Shown: one piece after another, positions 26,001 through 36,300 of the stretch
Position numbering within the stretch: the stretch's first letter is position 1
Layout: each line of letters starts with the position of its first letter
NCBI GenBank assembly: GCA_965223665.1
Contig: OZ245011.1
Coordinates: 4,128,001 to 4,192,000, forward strand
Origin: Nitrospinaceae bacterium
GTDB lineage: Bacteria > Nitrospinota > Nitrospinia > Nitrospinales > Nitrospinaceae
Reading direction: 5' to 3'
DNA length: 64,000 nt
Notes under the pieces: model-generated
Told to the model about the DNA's origin: nothing
The model's input: only the letters and a program-made list of their open reading frames with translations
The model's database searches: none
Program-made: the position numbers and the translations under genes

Positions 26001-28846
26001 CGTTTACGTTTAATGAAAACATCGTGGTATTGAATCAGGATGGGATAGATCTGGTCCAAGGCTGGGTGGATGGCAGTATAGAGAATAATGGATTTTTTAT
26101 TCAAATTGACGGGTTGAATAATAATGGAATCGGGATCCATTCGAGTGAAGCAGGGACTTTAACGAGTCGTCCCAAAATCACGATTTCGTATACCGTATCT
26201 GGAGATACAGAACCCCCGGTGGTGACAGCACCAGCGGATATCACGACTCCTGCCACGGGTCCTTTGACGCCAGTGAATATAGGAACCGCGACGGCGACGG
26301 ATAATGTGGGAGTGACATCTTTGACGAATAACGCACCGGGAGGCGGATTCCCTGCAGGTGTGACCGTTGTGACGTGGACGGCGATGGATGCAGCGGGGAA
26401 CATTGGAACCGATAACCAAACGATCACGGTAGAAGATAATGTGTTACCGAGTATCACAGCGCCAGGGGATATCACAACAGAAGCGACGGGTCCGACGACA
26501 CCGGTAGCATTGGGAACACCGACGACCTCGGATAATGTAGGAGTTTCTTCGGTGACCAATGATGCACCTGCCGAGTTTCCGGTGGGAACGACGGTTGTGA
26601 CATGGACGGTGACAGATACGTCTGGCAACATGAATACAGATACGCAAAATGTGACGGTGGAAGACACGACAGATCCTGTAGTGACAGCGCCGGGAGATAT
26701 AACGACGACAGAAACCGGTCCGTTAACACCTGTGGATATAGGAACGGCGACGGCGACAGATGCGGTGGGAGTGACATCCTTAACGAACGATGCACCAGCT
26801 GGTGGATTTCCGCAAGGGACGACGATCGTCACCTGGACTGCCACTGATGCAGCAGGTAATTCAGGCACGGACACGCAGATAATAGCGGTTCAAGCAGCAG
26901 GTTCCGGAGGTCCGGTAACGGTGAGTTTCCAGGATGGAGTGGAGCCGGATGGAACTTATGCGGGAACCGAGGATTCGTTACTGCGAGAGTCTTCGGCAGA
27001 TTCGAACTATGGGAATGAAACTTCCTTGAGTGCGGATTTAGTACAGCCGGATCCGTCGAATGGTCGGTTTGGTGAGGTGATATCTGTAATATCCTGGGAT
27101 ATCTCCAGCATTCCTAACAATGCGACAGTCGATTCGGCGAGTATCTCGTTGAATTTAACGAATATCAGTTCCGGAAGTTATAACTTGTATCAGGCGTTGA
27201 CGAGTTGGGATGAGTCGACGGTGACGTGGAACAGTTTTGGTGGATCGAGCACTAATGTGGGAGCTGCGGTGCTGGGTACGATTGTTCCGGGACAGTTTAA
27301 TGAGAATGTGATTGTGCTGACACCTGATGGTATTAGCCTGATAGAGGGTTGGATAGATGGATCGATAGCGAACCATGGAATAGTTATCAAAGAAATCAAT
27401 AACAACAACGATGGTATTTTTGTTGATTCCAGTGAAGCAGCCTCAAATACCAACCATCCGAAGTTGACGATTACATACAATGTGGCGGCGACAGGAGATA
27501 CTGAACCTCCTGTGGTGACAGCCCCTGCAGATATCACAGTGGAATCGACTGGAACTTTAACTCCAGTGGATATAGGGACTGCAACGGCCACAGATAATGT
27601 GGGAGTGGTCTCGTTGACGAATGATGCGCCTGCTGGTGGGTATCCGATTGGAACGACGATTGTGACGTGGACAGCCCTGGATGCGGCAGCCAACGTTGGA
27701 ACGGATACGCAGTCTATCACGGTGACGGAGCCGACAACGACGGGTGTGAACGTCACAAGTTTTCAGGATGGAGTGGAACCGAACGGGACCTACTCAGGAA
27801 CGCAGGATGCGTTATTAAGGCAAACGTCTCCTGATGAGAATAATAATACGGATGAGTTGTGGGCAGATGGAGTGGCTCCAGATCCGAACAATGGTAAATA
27901 TGGAGAAGTGGTATCCGTGGTGTCTTGGGATATCTCAGCGATACCAAGTGATGCAATAGTTTCCTCGGTGACGGTAACGTTTGATATGTTTAACGATTCA
28001 TCAGCAGACCATAACATATTGCAGGCGACAGCTCCGTGGTCGGAAGATACGGTGACCTGGAACAGTTTTGGAGGAACCGGGTCCATTGGCACTACGGTAT
28101 TGGGAACGATTGGTCCGTTCTTGTACAACGAGCAGGAGTTTATCCTGAACTCGGATGGAATTGCCTTAGTTCAGGGATGGATTGATGGAAGCATTGCGAA
28201 CAATGGGTTGGTGATTCAATCGGCGGGAACGAATAACGGAATTGGATGGAATTCCAGTGAGGCGGCAACCGGTCGACCTAAAATCACTATCACTTACTTA
28301 GTCGGTGGTGGAACCCTTGAATTCCAGGATGGCGTCTCCCCAAATAACGGCTACTCGGGAACTCGGGATGCGCATGTTCGACAACCCTTTCCTGATACGA
28401 ATTATGGAAATGATATTGTCCTATTTGCAGATAATAGAAAAGGTGGGGGGCCGGTTGATTCTTTGATTTCATGGGATCTTTCTTCTATCCCAAGTTCTGC
28501 CACTGTTGATTCGGTAAGCATCACAATAAACATTATTAACTCCAGTGCCGGGACTTACAGTTTTTGGCAGGCATTGAACTCATGGTCCGAGGACACAGTT
28601 ACCTGGAATAATTTTGGATCGATAGGAAGTAGCTCTCTTGGAACAATTTCTTCAGATTCGTTTGGCGAAACTACTATTAACTTAAATTCTGATGGGATTG
28701 CTTTAGTGCAAGGATGGGTTGACGGTAGTATTGGCAATAATGGAGTTGTTTTAAAAAGTGATGGAACGAATGATGGTTTAGACTTGAATTCCCGGGAGGC
28801 AGCGAGCGGTCGGCCAAAAATATCAGTGACAATTACCTTGCCGTAG
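23084..28846 (+). CDS. Giant secreted protein B, tandem paralogue of A with the same architecture
   Basis: Same signal peptide core and domain order; RBS GGAGGGG; diverges in the phosphoesterase domain and in the first and last DNRLRE-like domains. Confidence 0.9.
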   Translation: MAGRQRIEFTHLLILFSFFIFGQEAFGQAKDRPQLVDRGPYLQRMTPSSVIIKWWVSTADIANNTIHYGTSPGSLSSSIPDGSFTSRSVCSSSNCDDFYEFQVTLNSLSSDTRYYYAVGTSTTPSTEETANGTFKTFPASGAKPTRVWVIGDSGTKSSQALLVKERFQNYTQTRNPDVWIMLGNNAYSSGSNRDHGDAVFFMYPDFLKNVAVWPAIGERDDNNINTYNTIFVLPNNAQSGGVASGTEAYYSYDYGNTHFIVLDVSNTSLSNGGAMQNWLQNDLNANSKEWTIAYFHASPYSKGWDDSDSGSRANDIRNNFVDILEQAGVDLVLTANSHAYERSFLIDGHYGTSGTFSPGTHIVDGGNGKSAPLPRADGAYHKNLVGGQPTANSGTVYAVVGSSGINQTNDEPLTRSYEEAAGPLNHPAMQFSVNRLGSMVIDVYENRLEAIFLNGFGDIADQFSITHGNSNIAPEIFNVSAAHPLTLEVQFSEPLDKASAENISNYSVNNGVTIFAAELLEDYRTVRLLTSQLDNSTEYILTATNIEDYETNTAIPAPGSDYSFTPHFVNPPIHTASFQDGYYPHRAYDGTKDTYVFEGEPNANFGTKAELISHGKFENEVDGDAVVLISWDLSSIPSNATIQSATVYLNLFNRSETSYHLRQILTSWSETNATWNSIGGLTNIGAAIMGTIIPEKFRLNTMPLTSDGINVVQGWVDGSISNYGLAVQNGGPGEDPDWWNAIRLFSRQTNARPRLSITYTLPSGADSISPAIIAPPDIVVDSTGTQTPVALGTAAAVDDNGVPAITNDAPAGGFPLGTTIVNWTATDGSGNTGTDTQLVTVRVPAATSPNTISFQDGVEPSAFYSGTEDSLLRKTSPNQNKGSDTEFWADGVSQDPEVALYGELASAIKWDLSAIPPNATVTSVEVSFNVFNDAPVNTNLYSILTPWTEENVTWNVAADPSVVGDDILGVISPFTFNENIVVLNQDGIDLVQGWVDGSIENNGFFIQIDGLNNNGIGIHSSEAGTLTSRPKITISYTVSGDTEPPVVTAPADITTPATGPLTPVNIGTATATDNVGVTSLTNNAPGGGFPAGVTVVTWTAMDAAGNIGTDNQTITVEDNVLPSITAPGDITTEATGPTTPVALGTPTTSDNVGVSSVTNDAPAEFPVGTTVVTWTVTDTSGNMNTDTQNVTVEDTTDPVVTAPGDITTTETGPLTPVDIGTATATDAVGVTSLTNDAPAGGFPQGTTIVTWTATDAAGNSGTDTQIIAVQAAGSGGPVTVSFQDGVEPDGTYAGTEDSLLRESSADSNYGNETSLSADLVQPDPSNGRFGEVISVISWDISSIPNNATVDSASISLNLTNISSGSYNLYQALTSWDESTVTWNSFGGSSTNVGAAVLGTIVPGQFNENVIVLTPDGISLIEGWIDGSIANHGIVIKEINNNNDGIFVDSSEAASNTNHPKLTITYNVAATGDTEPPVVTAPADITVESTGTLTPVDIGTATATDNVGVVSLTNDAPAGGYPIGTTIVTWTALDAAANVGTDTQSITVTEPTTTGVNVTSFQDGVEPNGTYSGTQDALLRQTSPDENNNTDELWADGVAPDPNNGKYGEVVSVVSWDISAIPSDAIVSSVTVTFDMFNDSSADHNILQATAPWSEDTVTWNSFGGTGSIGTTVLGTIGPFLYNEQEFILNSDGIALVQGWIDGSIANNGLVIQSAGTNNGIGWNSSEAATGRPKITITYLVGGGTLEFQDGVSPNNGYSGTRDAHVRQPFPDTNYGNDIVLFADNRKGGGPVDSLISWDLSSIPSSATVDSVSITINIINSSAGTYSFWQALNSWSEDTVTWNNFGSIGSSSLGTISSDSFGETTINLNSDGIALVQGWVDGSIGNNGVVLKSDGTNDGLDLNSREAASGRPKISVTITLP

Positions 28847-28854
28847 TAAATTTT

Positions 28855-28900
28855 TTCTGCCCGGAAGTCTAATTGGAAAATAGGTTTTCTGGCAGAATTT
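28855..28900 (+). terminator. Probable terminator, diverged homologue of 22703-22742
   Basis: TTCTGCCCGGAAGTCTA...TAGGTTTTCTGGCAGAA imperfect hairpin sharing CCGGAAGTCTAA with the first; short T tail. Confidence 0.55.
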
Positions 28901-29297
28901 ATACTTGTTTTTAAATGAGTATCTAATTTGTTGCTTTAACCCTTAAGATTCTTTTTTATAATTTTATAAACCTTTTATATTGTACTTCACCTTTATCATT
29001 CGGCTTAATTCCTTTTAAAAATAATTTCCTGCATAGTATAATTCATGTTTTTTAATTTGTTGATTTTTGGGAAGAAGGGAAATCCGAACTTGTTCGTTTT
29101 ATTTGGTTGAATCCACCTTAATTTCAATAAAGAAATTTTAGATTTGAGACGGCTGAGATTTTGTTGTTTTTTTATAAAAATTTATTCCAAGAATTTGTTC
29201 CTTGATCTGATAAAAAGTTATATTAGATTCTTATTTACTAGTTAAATGAAATAAGAGAGAATCCATCCAAAAAGTTTTTATGGGTTACTATATTTAA

Positions 29298-31799
29298 TTG
29301 AAAAAGGAATTTGTGATTTCATTACAAAACAATCAAAATGATTTGGTGAAATTCCTATTGCTCATCATTATATATTCGATTTTTGGTTGTTTTACCCAAT
29401 TTTTGGCTTTGCCTGCCGGTCAAATACCTTCAATTTTTCCTGCAGGGGGAATAGCTCTTTATTTCTTATATCGATGGGGTAATCGATTTTGGGTTAGTAT
29501 TTTTCTAGGCTCGTTAATTGTGGGAAATTTATCTGGCTCCGAAATCGGAATTTCTTCAATTTCTGGTAAGGAAAGTTGGGGGCAGTCATTAGTTTCAGCA
29601 GGTGGGGAGTCTCTTCAGGCTTTTATTGGAGCATTTTTTCTTAAAAAGATCAAAGAAATTGGGTTTCTATATAAGGTAAAAAACTCTCTTTATTTTGTTA
29701 TTTTTTGTGGAACTCTTTGTCCATTAATAAGTCCCACGATTAACAGTTTATTTATTCATTTAGCAAATAATATCGAGTGGAGACAATTAGGCTGGTATGT
29801 TCTTACGGGTTGGCTAGCTAACTCAATAGGAATTTTAATAATGATCCCGCTCATTGATTGGATATTTAAAAAAGAGAGGGTTGAATTTGATCTATTCCAA
29901 AAAATTGAACTCCTAATTTTTTTAGTCCTCATTTTTATAATTGGACAACTGGTATTTGGTGGTTTATTGCAGAAATCTTCATATCCATTAGTTTACACAT
30001 TATTTCCTTTTTTAATTTGGGCCGTTTTTCGTTTTGAAAATTGGGGTGGAATATTGGCTGTAATTCTTGTTTGTGGCTTTGCTACTTTAGGCAGTATAAA
30101 AGGAGGAGGGCCTTTTGTGGGACGCCCATATTTGGAATCAATTATTTTATTGCAGGTTTATTGTTGGTTGGTTTCTTCGATGACACATTTTCTTTCAGTG
30201 GCAATTCATGAAAGGAGGTCCACAGAAACCAATCTAATAAATAGTGAAAAGCGGTTAAGGTTGATCACCGATAATTTGCCAATTTTGATTGCATATCTTG
30301 ATGAAAATGGCAATAACAAGTTTAGCAATAAACCTTACCAGGATTGTTTTGGTTTTACCCAAGATGAAATAACGGGAATGAACTTTAAAAATGTTATAGG
30401 GGAGGCATCATTTCAAAATATTCAGGAGTTTTATAAAAAAGCACTGTCCGGAAACTTTGTGAACTTTGAAAGCAAAGTTTTAGATAAAGTTGGAAAGAAA
30501 ATTTGGGTTGAAATTACTATGGTTCCTCATATAAGTGATTTAAAAAAAATAGAGGGAACATTTGTTTTGGCTCAGGATATTACAGCTAGGAAAAAACTGG
30601 AAGAGGCTTTGAAAAATGAAAATAGAAAAGTAAAGGAAATCATTAATTCATTACCTGCTGAAATTGCTGTGTTGGATTGTCAGGGTAATATTGAAATGGT
30701 TAATAAAACCTGGATGGAATACTCAAAAAAGCATTGGAAATTTTCTTCTGAGTCAGGATTTGTAGGAATCAATTATTTGGAAGTTTGTGAAAATTCCGGA
30801 GAAAGTGAAATTCATGAAAATATTGAAAAAGTCTTAAAGGGGGAAATCTCTGAGTATTCTGCCGAGTACCAACGTGACAGAATTTCAGGGTCAAAAAAGT
30901 TTTTAATGTTGGTTAATTCTTTGGGAGAAGGTATTAGAGGAGCCCTGATTTCCTTTATTGATATTACCGACCAAAAAAAAGCGGAGGAACGCCTTGAGGA
31001 ATATAAAGATCAATTGGAAGGGCTAGTTTTAAAAAGAACGAAGGAACTTATTAAAGCTAATGATAAGTTGAAAAATGAAATACGGGAGAGAAAAAAAATA
31101 GAGCAAAACTTGATAATATCTCGTGAAGAGTTGAGAAACCTGAACAATAAATTAAGTACAGTACGAGAAGAAGAGAAAGTGAGAATTGCACGTGAAATTC
31201 ATGATGAATTGGGACAACTGTTAACAGCTTTTAAGTTCGATTTGACTTGGTTGAGAAAATGGATTGAAGAACCATCCTTCAAAATAAAAAGTAAAATTGA
31301 TGAAATGTTTTCTAATATAGACAATTCTATAAATAGTGTTAGAAGAATTTCTTCAGAATTAAGGCCTAAAATTTTGGATGATTTGGGATTATCAGAAGCG
31401 GTTAAATGGTTGGCAAATGATTTTAAAAGGAAAACTCAGATTGATTATATCTTAAGAATTGAGCCGGATGATATTTCTATAAATTCAAATTTATCTATTG
31501 AATTGTTCAGAGTATTCCAGGAAATTCTTACCAATGTGGCACGTCACTCTAAAGCTACAAACTTGGATATTGAATTAATTGAGAGCCGAAAACACCTTAG
31601 ATTGAAGGTTGTTGATAACGGGATTGGAATTCAGTCTTATAAAATAAATGATTCTAAGTCATTAGGATTGATTGGACTTCGTGAAAGAGCTTATTTGTGG
31701 AAGGGCCAGGTTGAAATAATTGGAGTAGAAAATAGTGGGACCACTGTAATAGTTACCATCCCTAAAAATAATAAAAATAAATATGAGCAAAAAATCTAA
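29298..31799 (+). CDS. MASE1-PAS-PAS histidine kinase, HisKA_3 (NarX/UhpB type); start uncertain
   Basis: Multi-TM N-terminus (IFPAGGIAL, PFLIWAVFRF), PAS ends DITARK and DITDQK, RIAREIHDELGQ, QEILTNVARHS, DNGIG, LGLIGLRER. Confidence 0.92.
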   Translation: MKKEFVISLQNNQNDLVKFLLLIIIYSIFGCFTQFLALPAGQIPSIFPAGGIALYFLYRWGNRFWVSIFLGSLIVGNLSGSEIGISSISGKESWGQSLVSAGGESLQAFIGAFFLKKIKEIGFLYKVKNSLYFVIFCGTLCPLISPTINSLFIHLANNIEWRQLGWYVLTGWLANSIGILIMIPLIDWIFKKERVEFDLFQKIELLIFLVLIFIIGQLVFGGLLQKSSYPLVYTLFPFLIWAVFRFENWGGILAVILVCGFATLGSIKGGGPFVGRPYLESIILLQVYCWLVSSMTHFLSVAIHERRSTETNLINSEKRLRLITDNLPILIAYLDENGNNKFSNKPYQDCFGFTQDEITGMNFKNVIGEASFQNIQEFYKKALSGNFVNFESKVLDKVGKKIWVEITMVPHISDLKKIEGTFVLAQDITARKKLEEALKNENRKVKEIINSLPAEIAVLDCQGNIEMVNKTWMEYSKKHWKFSSESGFVGINYLEVCENSGESEIHENIEKVLKGEISEYSAEYQRDRISGSKKFLMLVNSLGEGIRGALISFIDITDQKKAEERLEEYKDQLEGLVLKRTKELIKANDKLKNEIRERKKIEQNLIISREELRNLNNKLSTVREEEKVRIAREIHDELGQLLTAFKFDLTWLRKWIEEPSFKIKSKIDEMFSNIDNSINSVRRISSELRPKILDDLGLSEAVKWLANDFKRKTQIDYILRIEPDDISINSNLSIELFRVFQEILTNVARHSKATNLDIELIESRKHLRLKVVDNGIGIQSYKINDSKSLGLIGLRERAYLWKGQVEIIGVENSGTTVIVTIPKNNKNKYEQKI

Positions 31800-32430
31800 A
31801 ATTAAAATAATAATCGCTGATGATCACGCTATTGTGAGAAAAGGCTTAGTTCAGATAATTTCTGAGATGCCTGAATTCCAACTTCTAGATGAAGCAACAA
31901 ATGGAATAGAGCTTTTGGAAAAAGTAAAAAAGAATCCTCCTGATATTATTGTATTGGACATAGCCATGCCAAAAAAGTCAGGTTGGGAAGTCATTCAGCA
32001 TTTAGAGAAAAAGTTTTCCAAGATAAGAGTGATAGTTTTGAGTGTTTCTTCAGAAGAAGATTATGCTATTCAATTTTATAAGGCAGGCGCTTGGGCTTAT
32101 TTAACCAAAGATAGCGCAGCCGATCAATTAGTTAAGGCTATAAAAAAAGTTGCTCAGGGGGAGAGATTTATAAGTGCAAATGTTGCAGACAAACTAATTC
32201 TTTCTTTGAATGAACAATATAAACCTCCACCTCATGGGAAGCTTTCTCCACGTGAATTCCAAATTTTTTGTATGATTGCCGAAGGAAAAACTTTAACAGA
32301 GATTGCCAAGGAATTGAATTTAGGTGTGGCCACTATAGGAACATATAGGAACAGAGTGTTGAATAAAATGGAGTTAGAAAATAATGCGCAACTGACTAAT
32401 TATGCCTATAAGAATAAAATTCTCTCTTAA
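31783..32430 (+). CDS. NarL/UvrY-family response regulator
   Basis: IADDHAIVRKG, LDIAMP, YLTK, LSPREFQ LuxR HTH; overlaps the kinase stop. Confidence 0.95.
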   Translation: MSKKSKIKIIIADDHAIVRKGLVQIISEMPEFQLLDEATNGIELLEKVKKNPPDIIVLDIAMPKKSGWEVIQHLEKKFSKIRVIVLSVSSEEDYAIQFYKAGAWAYLTKDSAADQLVKAIKKVAQGERFISANVADKLILSLNEQYKPPPHGKLSPREFQIFCMIAEGKTLTEIAKELNLGVATIGTYRNRVLNKMELENNAQLTNYAYKNKILS

Positions 32431-32548
32431 AGGAATTTTTTGAGTTTTTAAAAAATAGGGTGATTGGTTTTTTAGGATTTTTGACTCCTTTTGAGTTAAA
32501 ATGCTTGGAAATTCAAAATTTGTAAACTATTTCATATCGGGAGGGAAT

Positions 32549-32830
32549 ATGAAACTTGAACAAAAAACTCAAAATTTAAAACTTATACTCTGTACAGGAA
32601 TATTTCTGATTTTTTCCGGATGGATGCTGGGATGTACACAGTTGAAGGAACGTTTTGGTACCACCGAAGAGACTCCCGAATTAGCAATGGATAGAGAAAA
32701 ATGCCAAAAGGAAGCAGATCGTATAGCAGCAAACTCAACGGCAAATGCAATCAAAAGAATGGATATTAGACGCGAAGCTTATAATGATTGTATGAATAAA
32801 AAAGGGCATAATAAATCTGTTACAAAATAA
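32549..32830 (+). CDS. Small putative lipoprotein
   Basis: RBS GGAGGG before ATG 32549, hydrophobic stretch, lipobox MLG-C, two further Cys. Confidence 0.65.
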   Translation: MKLEQKTQNLKLILCTGIFLIFSGWMLGCTQLKERFGTTEETPELAMDREKCQKEADRIAANSTANAIKRMDIRREAYNDCMNKKGHNKSVTK

Positions 32831-32885
32831 TAATCGTTCTCACAAATAGAAGAATTGATTCTGAGAGGGGATCGTGAGGTGATGT

Positions 32886-33302
32886 ATGGCTTCAGAATAT
32901 AATCGTAGATTTTCCTTAGATAAAGTAGAAATTGATCCTAAACTGAAAAATCGTATTTTTTCTGCTGATGGAGATGAACATGTTGGTGATTGGGACGGTG
33001 AGACTATTGAAGATTTGATTAAAGAATTAGATCGAGTCGAAGAGAATGTTGATGCAAATTATGCCAGCCTTCCACATCATAATAATGTGCCTGAGGATCT
33101 GCGAGATCAGGTGGAAAAAGATTTTCCTATTTGGGCATGTGATCGACAGGGAATGTGTTTAGTAGGTGACCAGGCGAATGAAGTGATTTCTATAGAAAAA
33201 ATTCGCTCTCATTACGATAATAAGCATGGAGGGGTGGAGGCTTTTAAAGAAAAACTACGATTAGAACGTCAAAAAATGATAGAGGATTTAAATCGTAAAT
33301 AA
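32886..33302 (+). CDS. Hypothetical acidic cytoplasmic protein
   Basis: RBS GAGGTG, 138-aa ORF with protein-like composition; no family recognised. Confidence 0.7.
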   Translation: MASEYNRRFSLDKVEIDPKLKNRIFSADGDEHVGDWDGETIEDLIKELDRVEENVDANYASLPHHNNVPEDLRDQVEKDFPIWACDRQGMCLVGDQANEVISIEKIRSHYDNKHGGVEAFKEKLRLERQKMIEDLNRK

Positions 33303-33333
33303 TTATTAAAACTTTCTATTTAATTGGTGTTTT

Positions 33334-36300
33334 TTAATAAGGTAGCGTGTAAGTTATACTTATCTTAGGTCCCCTTCCAAAATTCTCACGAGAACGGATC
33401 CCTATCCCATTGCTGGATCCAGTTGATCGTATAATTAATCCATCGTTTGGAATGCTTCCATCAATCCAACCTTTTACCAAATCAATTCCTAGCTGATTCA
33501 AAGTGATAGTTCTTAATTCACTGGATGTTGAAGGGACTACTCCTATAACATCAGTTCCTATATTAGATGCATCTGTAAAAGCATTCCAATTCACAGTCGT
33601 TTCTGCCCAAGAAGATTTAGCTTGAAATATTTCGTGACTGGATGAGCTTCCATTGAAAAGGTCTAATACAATACTCACCGATTGAATGTCTGCGCTACTA
33701 GGAATCGAAGAAATATCCCATTTAATAATACTCATTAATTCTCCATTTAGACCATTGATTGGGTCTTTTGCCCGACCATCCGCCCAGAGATCGGTCCCTA
33801 ATCCTTCATTCTGTGAGGGAGAAGTTTCTCTTAATTGTGCGTCCCTTGTCCCGGTGTATGAAGTGTCAGGATCCACATTATCTTGAAAATCCATAGTGAA
33901 TGGACCACTGGGAACTGCTTCTACTATGATGGTTTGGGAATCGGTTCCCGTATTGCCGGCAGCATCTTGGGCAGTCCAAGTGACTATGGTAGTGCCTATA
34001 GGAAATTCTGCCGGAGCATCATGGATTATTGAAGTTACTCCTACGCTATCGGTAGCCGTGGCAGTCCCAATATCTACTGGAGTGGTTTCACCTGTGGCCT
34101 GAGTGTTGATATCCGCTGGAGCAGTGACAACAGGAGCTGTTGTGTCAACTATAGTTATGGTTTGAGAATCGGTTCCCGTATTGCCGGCAGCATCTTGCGC
34201 GGTCCATGTGACTATGGTAGTCCCTATAGGAAACTCTGCGGGAGCATCATGGGTTAATGAAGTTACTCCAACGTTATCGGTAGCCGTGGCGGTGCCTATG
34301 TTTACAGAGGTTGTAATACCTGTTGCTTCTGTATTTATGTTTGCAGGTGCATTAACAATAGGTGATTCTGTGTCTCCACCGCTTCCAGGAAGACTGTAGA
34401 TAATTGTGAGCTTTGGTTTTCCATTAGCTGCTTCCCGCGAATTGAAAAATATGCCATCATTATTGGAATTTTTCTCCTTTATAATAATTCCATTGTTGGA
34501 GTTGCTTCCATTAACCCAGTTTTGAACTAGGTTGATACCTGAGCTATTTAGGTCAATAATATTTTCTCCCAAAATTCCTGCAAGTATTGTTCCCAATACG
34601 GTGGAACCTATATTAGATCCGAAACTATTCCATGTTGTGGTAGTTTCTGTCCAAGATCCTGTAGCTTCCAGTAAGTTGAATTCACCAGAACTTAAGTTGT
34701 ATAAATTAAAGGTAATACTGACGGATTGGATAATTGCATTCGAAGGTATACTGGATATATCCCAGGAAACTATGGAAATTACCTCTCCATATTTTCCATT
34801 ATCTGGATCAGGCTGCACTAAGTCTGCAGTTAAAAAGTTTCCTGTCCCATAGTTATTTTCAGGAGACGATTGTCGAAGAATAGAATCTCTTGTCCCATTA
34901 TATTCGGAAGTAGGGGATGACCCATCTTGAAAAATTTTGGTTATGGGTGCCCCTGTTGACTCTTCTACAGTAATAATTTGGGTGTCTGAATTGGAATTAC
35001 CTGCGGCATCCTGTGCTGTCCAGGTAACGGTCGTGGTTCCAATGGGAAACTCTGCAGGGGCATCATGGGTTAATGAGGTAACCCCTACCTCATCGGTTGC
35101 TGTGGCAGTACCAATATCCACTGGAGTGGTTTCCTCAGACGTGACAGTTGTGAGGTCTTCTGGGGCTATAACAACCGGATAAGTTGTATCTACGATAGTG
35201 ATGGTTTGAGTATCTGTGCCAATATTTCCAGCGGCATCCTGTGCTGTCCAGGTAACTGTTGTGGTGCCAACGGGAAACTCTGCCGGAGCATCATGGGTTA
35301 AAGAAGTCACTCCTTCATTATCAGTGGCAGTGGCAGTACCGATATTCACAGGAGTTGTTATTCCTGTAGCTTCGGATGTGATATTTGAAGGTGCAGTAAC
35401 CACAGGCGATTCGGTATCGTCACCTGTTGAGGGAACGCTATATGTGATAACAAGTTTTGGTTGGCCCGAAGGTGCCTCGCTGGAATCTAAATCAATACCG
35501 TCAGAAGTTCCTCCGCTTTTAATAATAATTCCATTGTTTGCTATAGATCCATCGACCCAACCCTGTACTAATCCAATTCCATTTCCATTTAATATTATTT
35601 CATTAAGATTAAATACATTGGGAGGAATTGTTCCTAATATTGTCGAGCCAATGGCACCACTTCCCTCAAAGGTATTCCAATTTACTGTGTTTTCGGCCCA
35701 AACCGCATTCGCTTCATATAAATTATAATTACCTGAACTGATGTTAAATAAATCTAAAATTATCGAGGCAGATTCAACAACCGCATTGGTTGGTATCGAC
35801 GAGGTATCCCAAGAGATTACAGAAGTTACTTCTCCAAAGTTTCCGTTATTCGGATCTGCATCTGAACCATCTCCTAATAGAAAAGTGGCATTTCCAAAGT
35901 TGGAGTTAGGGGAACTTTCCCGTAAATAAGCATCCTGAGTTCCACTGTAACCATTTATGCCATTTTGAAAGCTTACTGTTGTGTTGTTGGGAGGTGATGG
36001 AGGGCTTCCCCCTCCGCTTCCTGGAGTATTTTCATCAATACTAAATTGAATCCCAGGATTGGGAATTGCTATACCAGCAGCATAGTCTTTTACATTTACC
36101 ACTGTTAATGTTTGTGATTCAGAAATTGAAGAAGAAGTGGTTAATCTTACTACTCGTGGATCGCTTTGCCTTTCTGCACTGCTAATTGAAACTCCATTAT
36201 CTAGGCTATAATTACTATTGGTTTCTGCACTTGCTTCTTCTACCGGTTCTGAGAACTGAATATCCAAAGTTGTACTATTTATTCGACGAATGGAAAATAG

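Larger units (their letters stand above)
16767..28900 (+). repeat. Tandem duplication of a ~6.16-kb unit (leader + gene + terminator): ~16767-22742 and ~22946-28900
   Basis: Offsets between copies are 6179, 6182, 6164 and 6155 nt along the gene; near-identical blocks 18192-18704/24356-24868 and 19182-22228/25337-28383; the shadow ORFs there translate identically in several frames. Confidence 0.97.

Noticed and set aside
22229-28846. Diversity-generating retroelement explaining the variable C-terminal domain
   Set aside because: Differences involve all four bases plus indels rather than adenines only, both copies are full genes, and no reverse transcriptase is in the window
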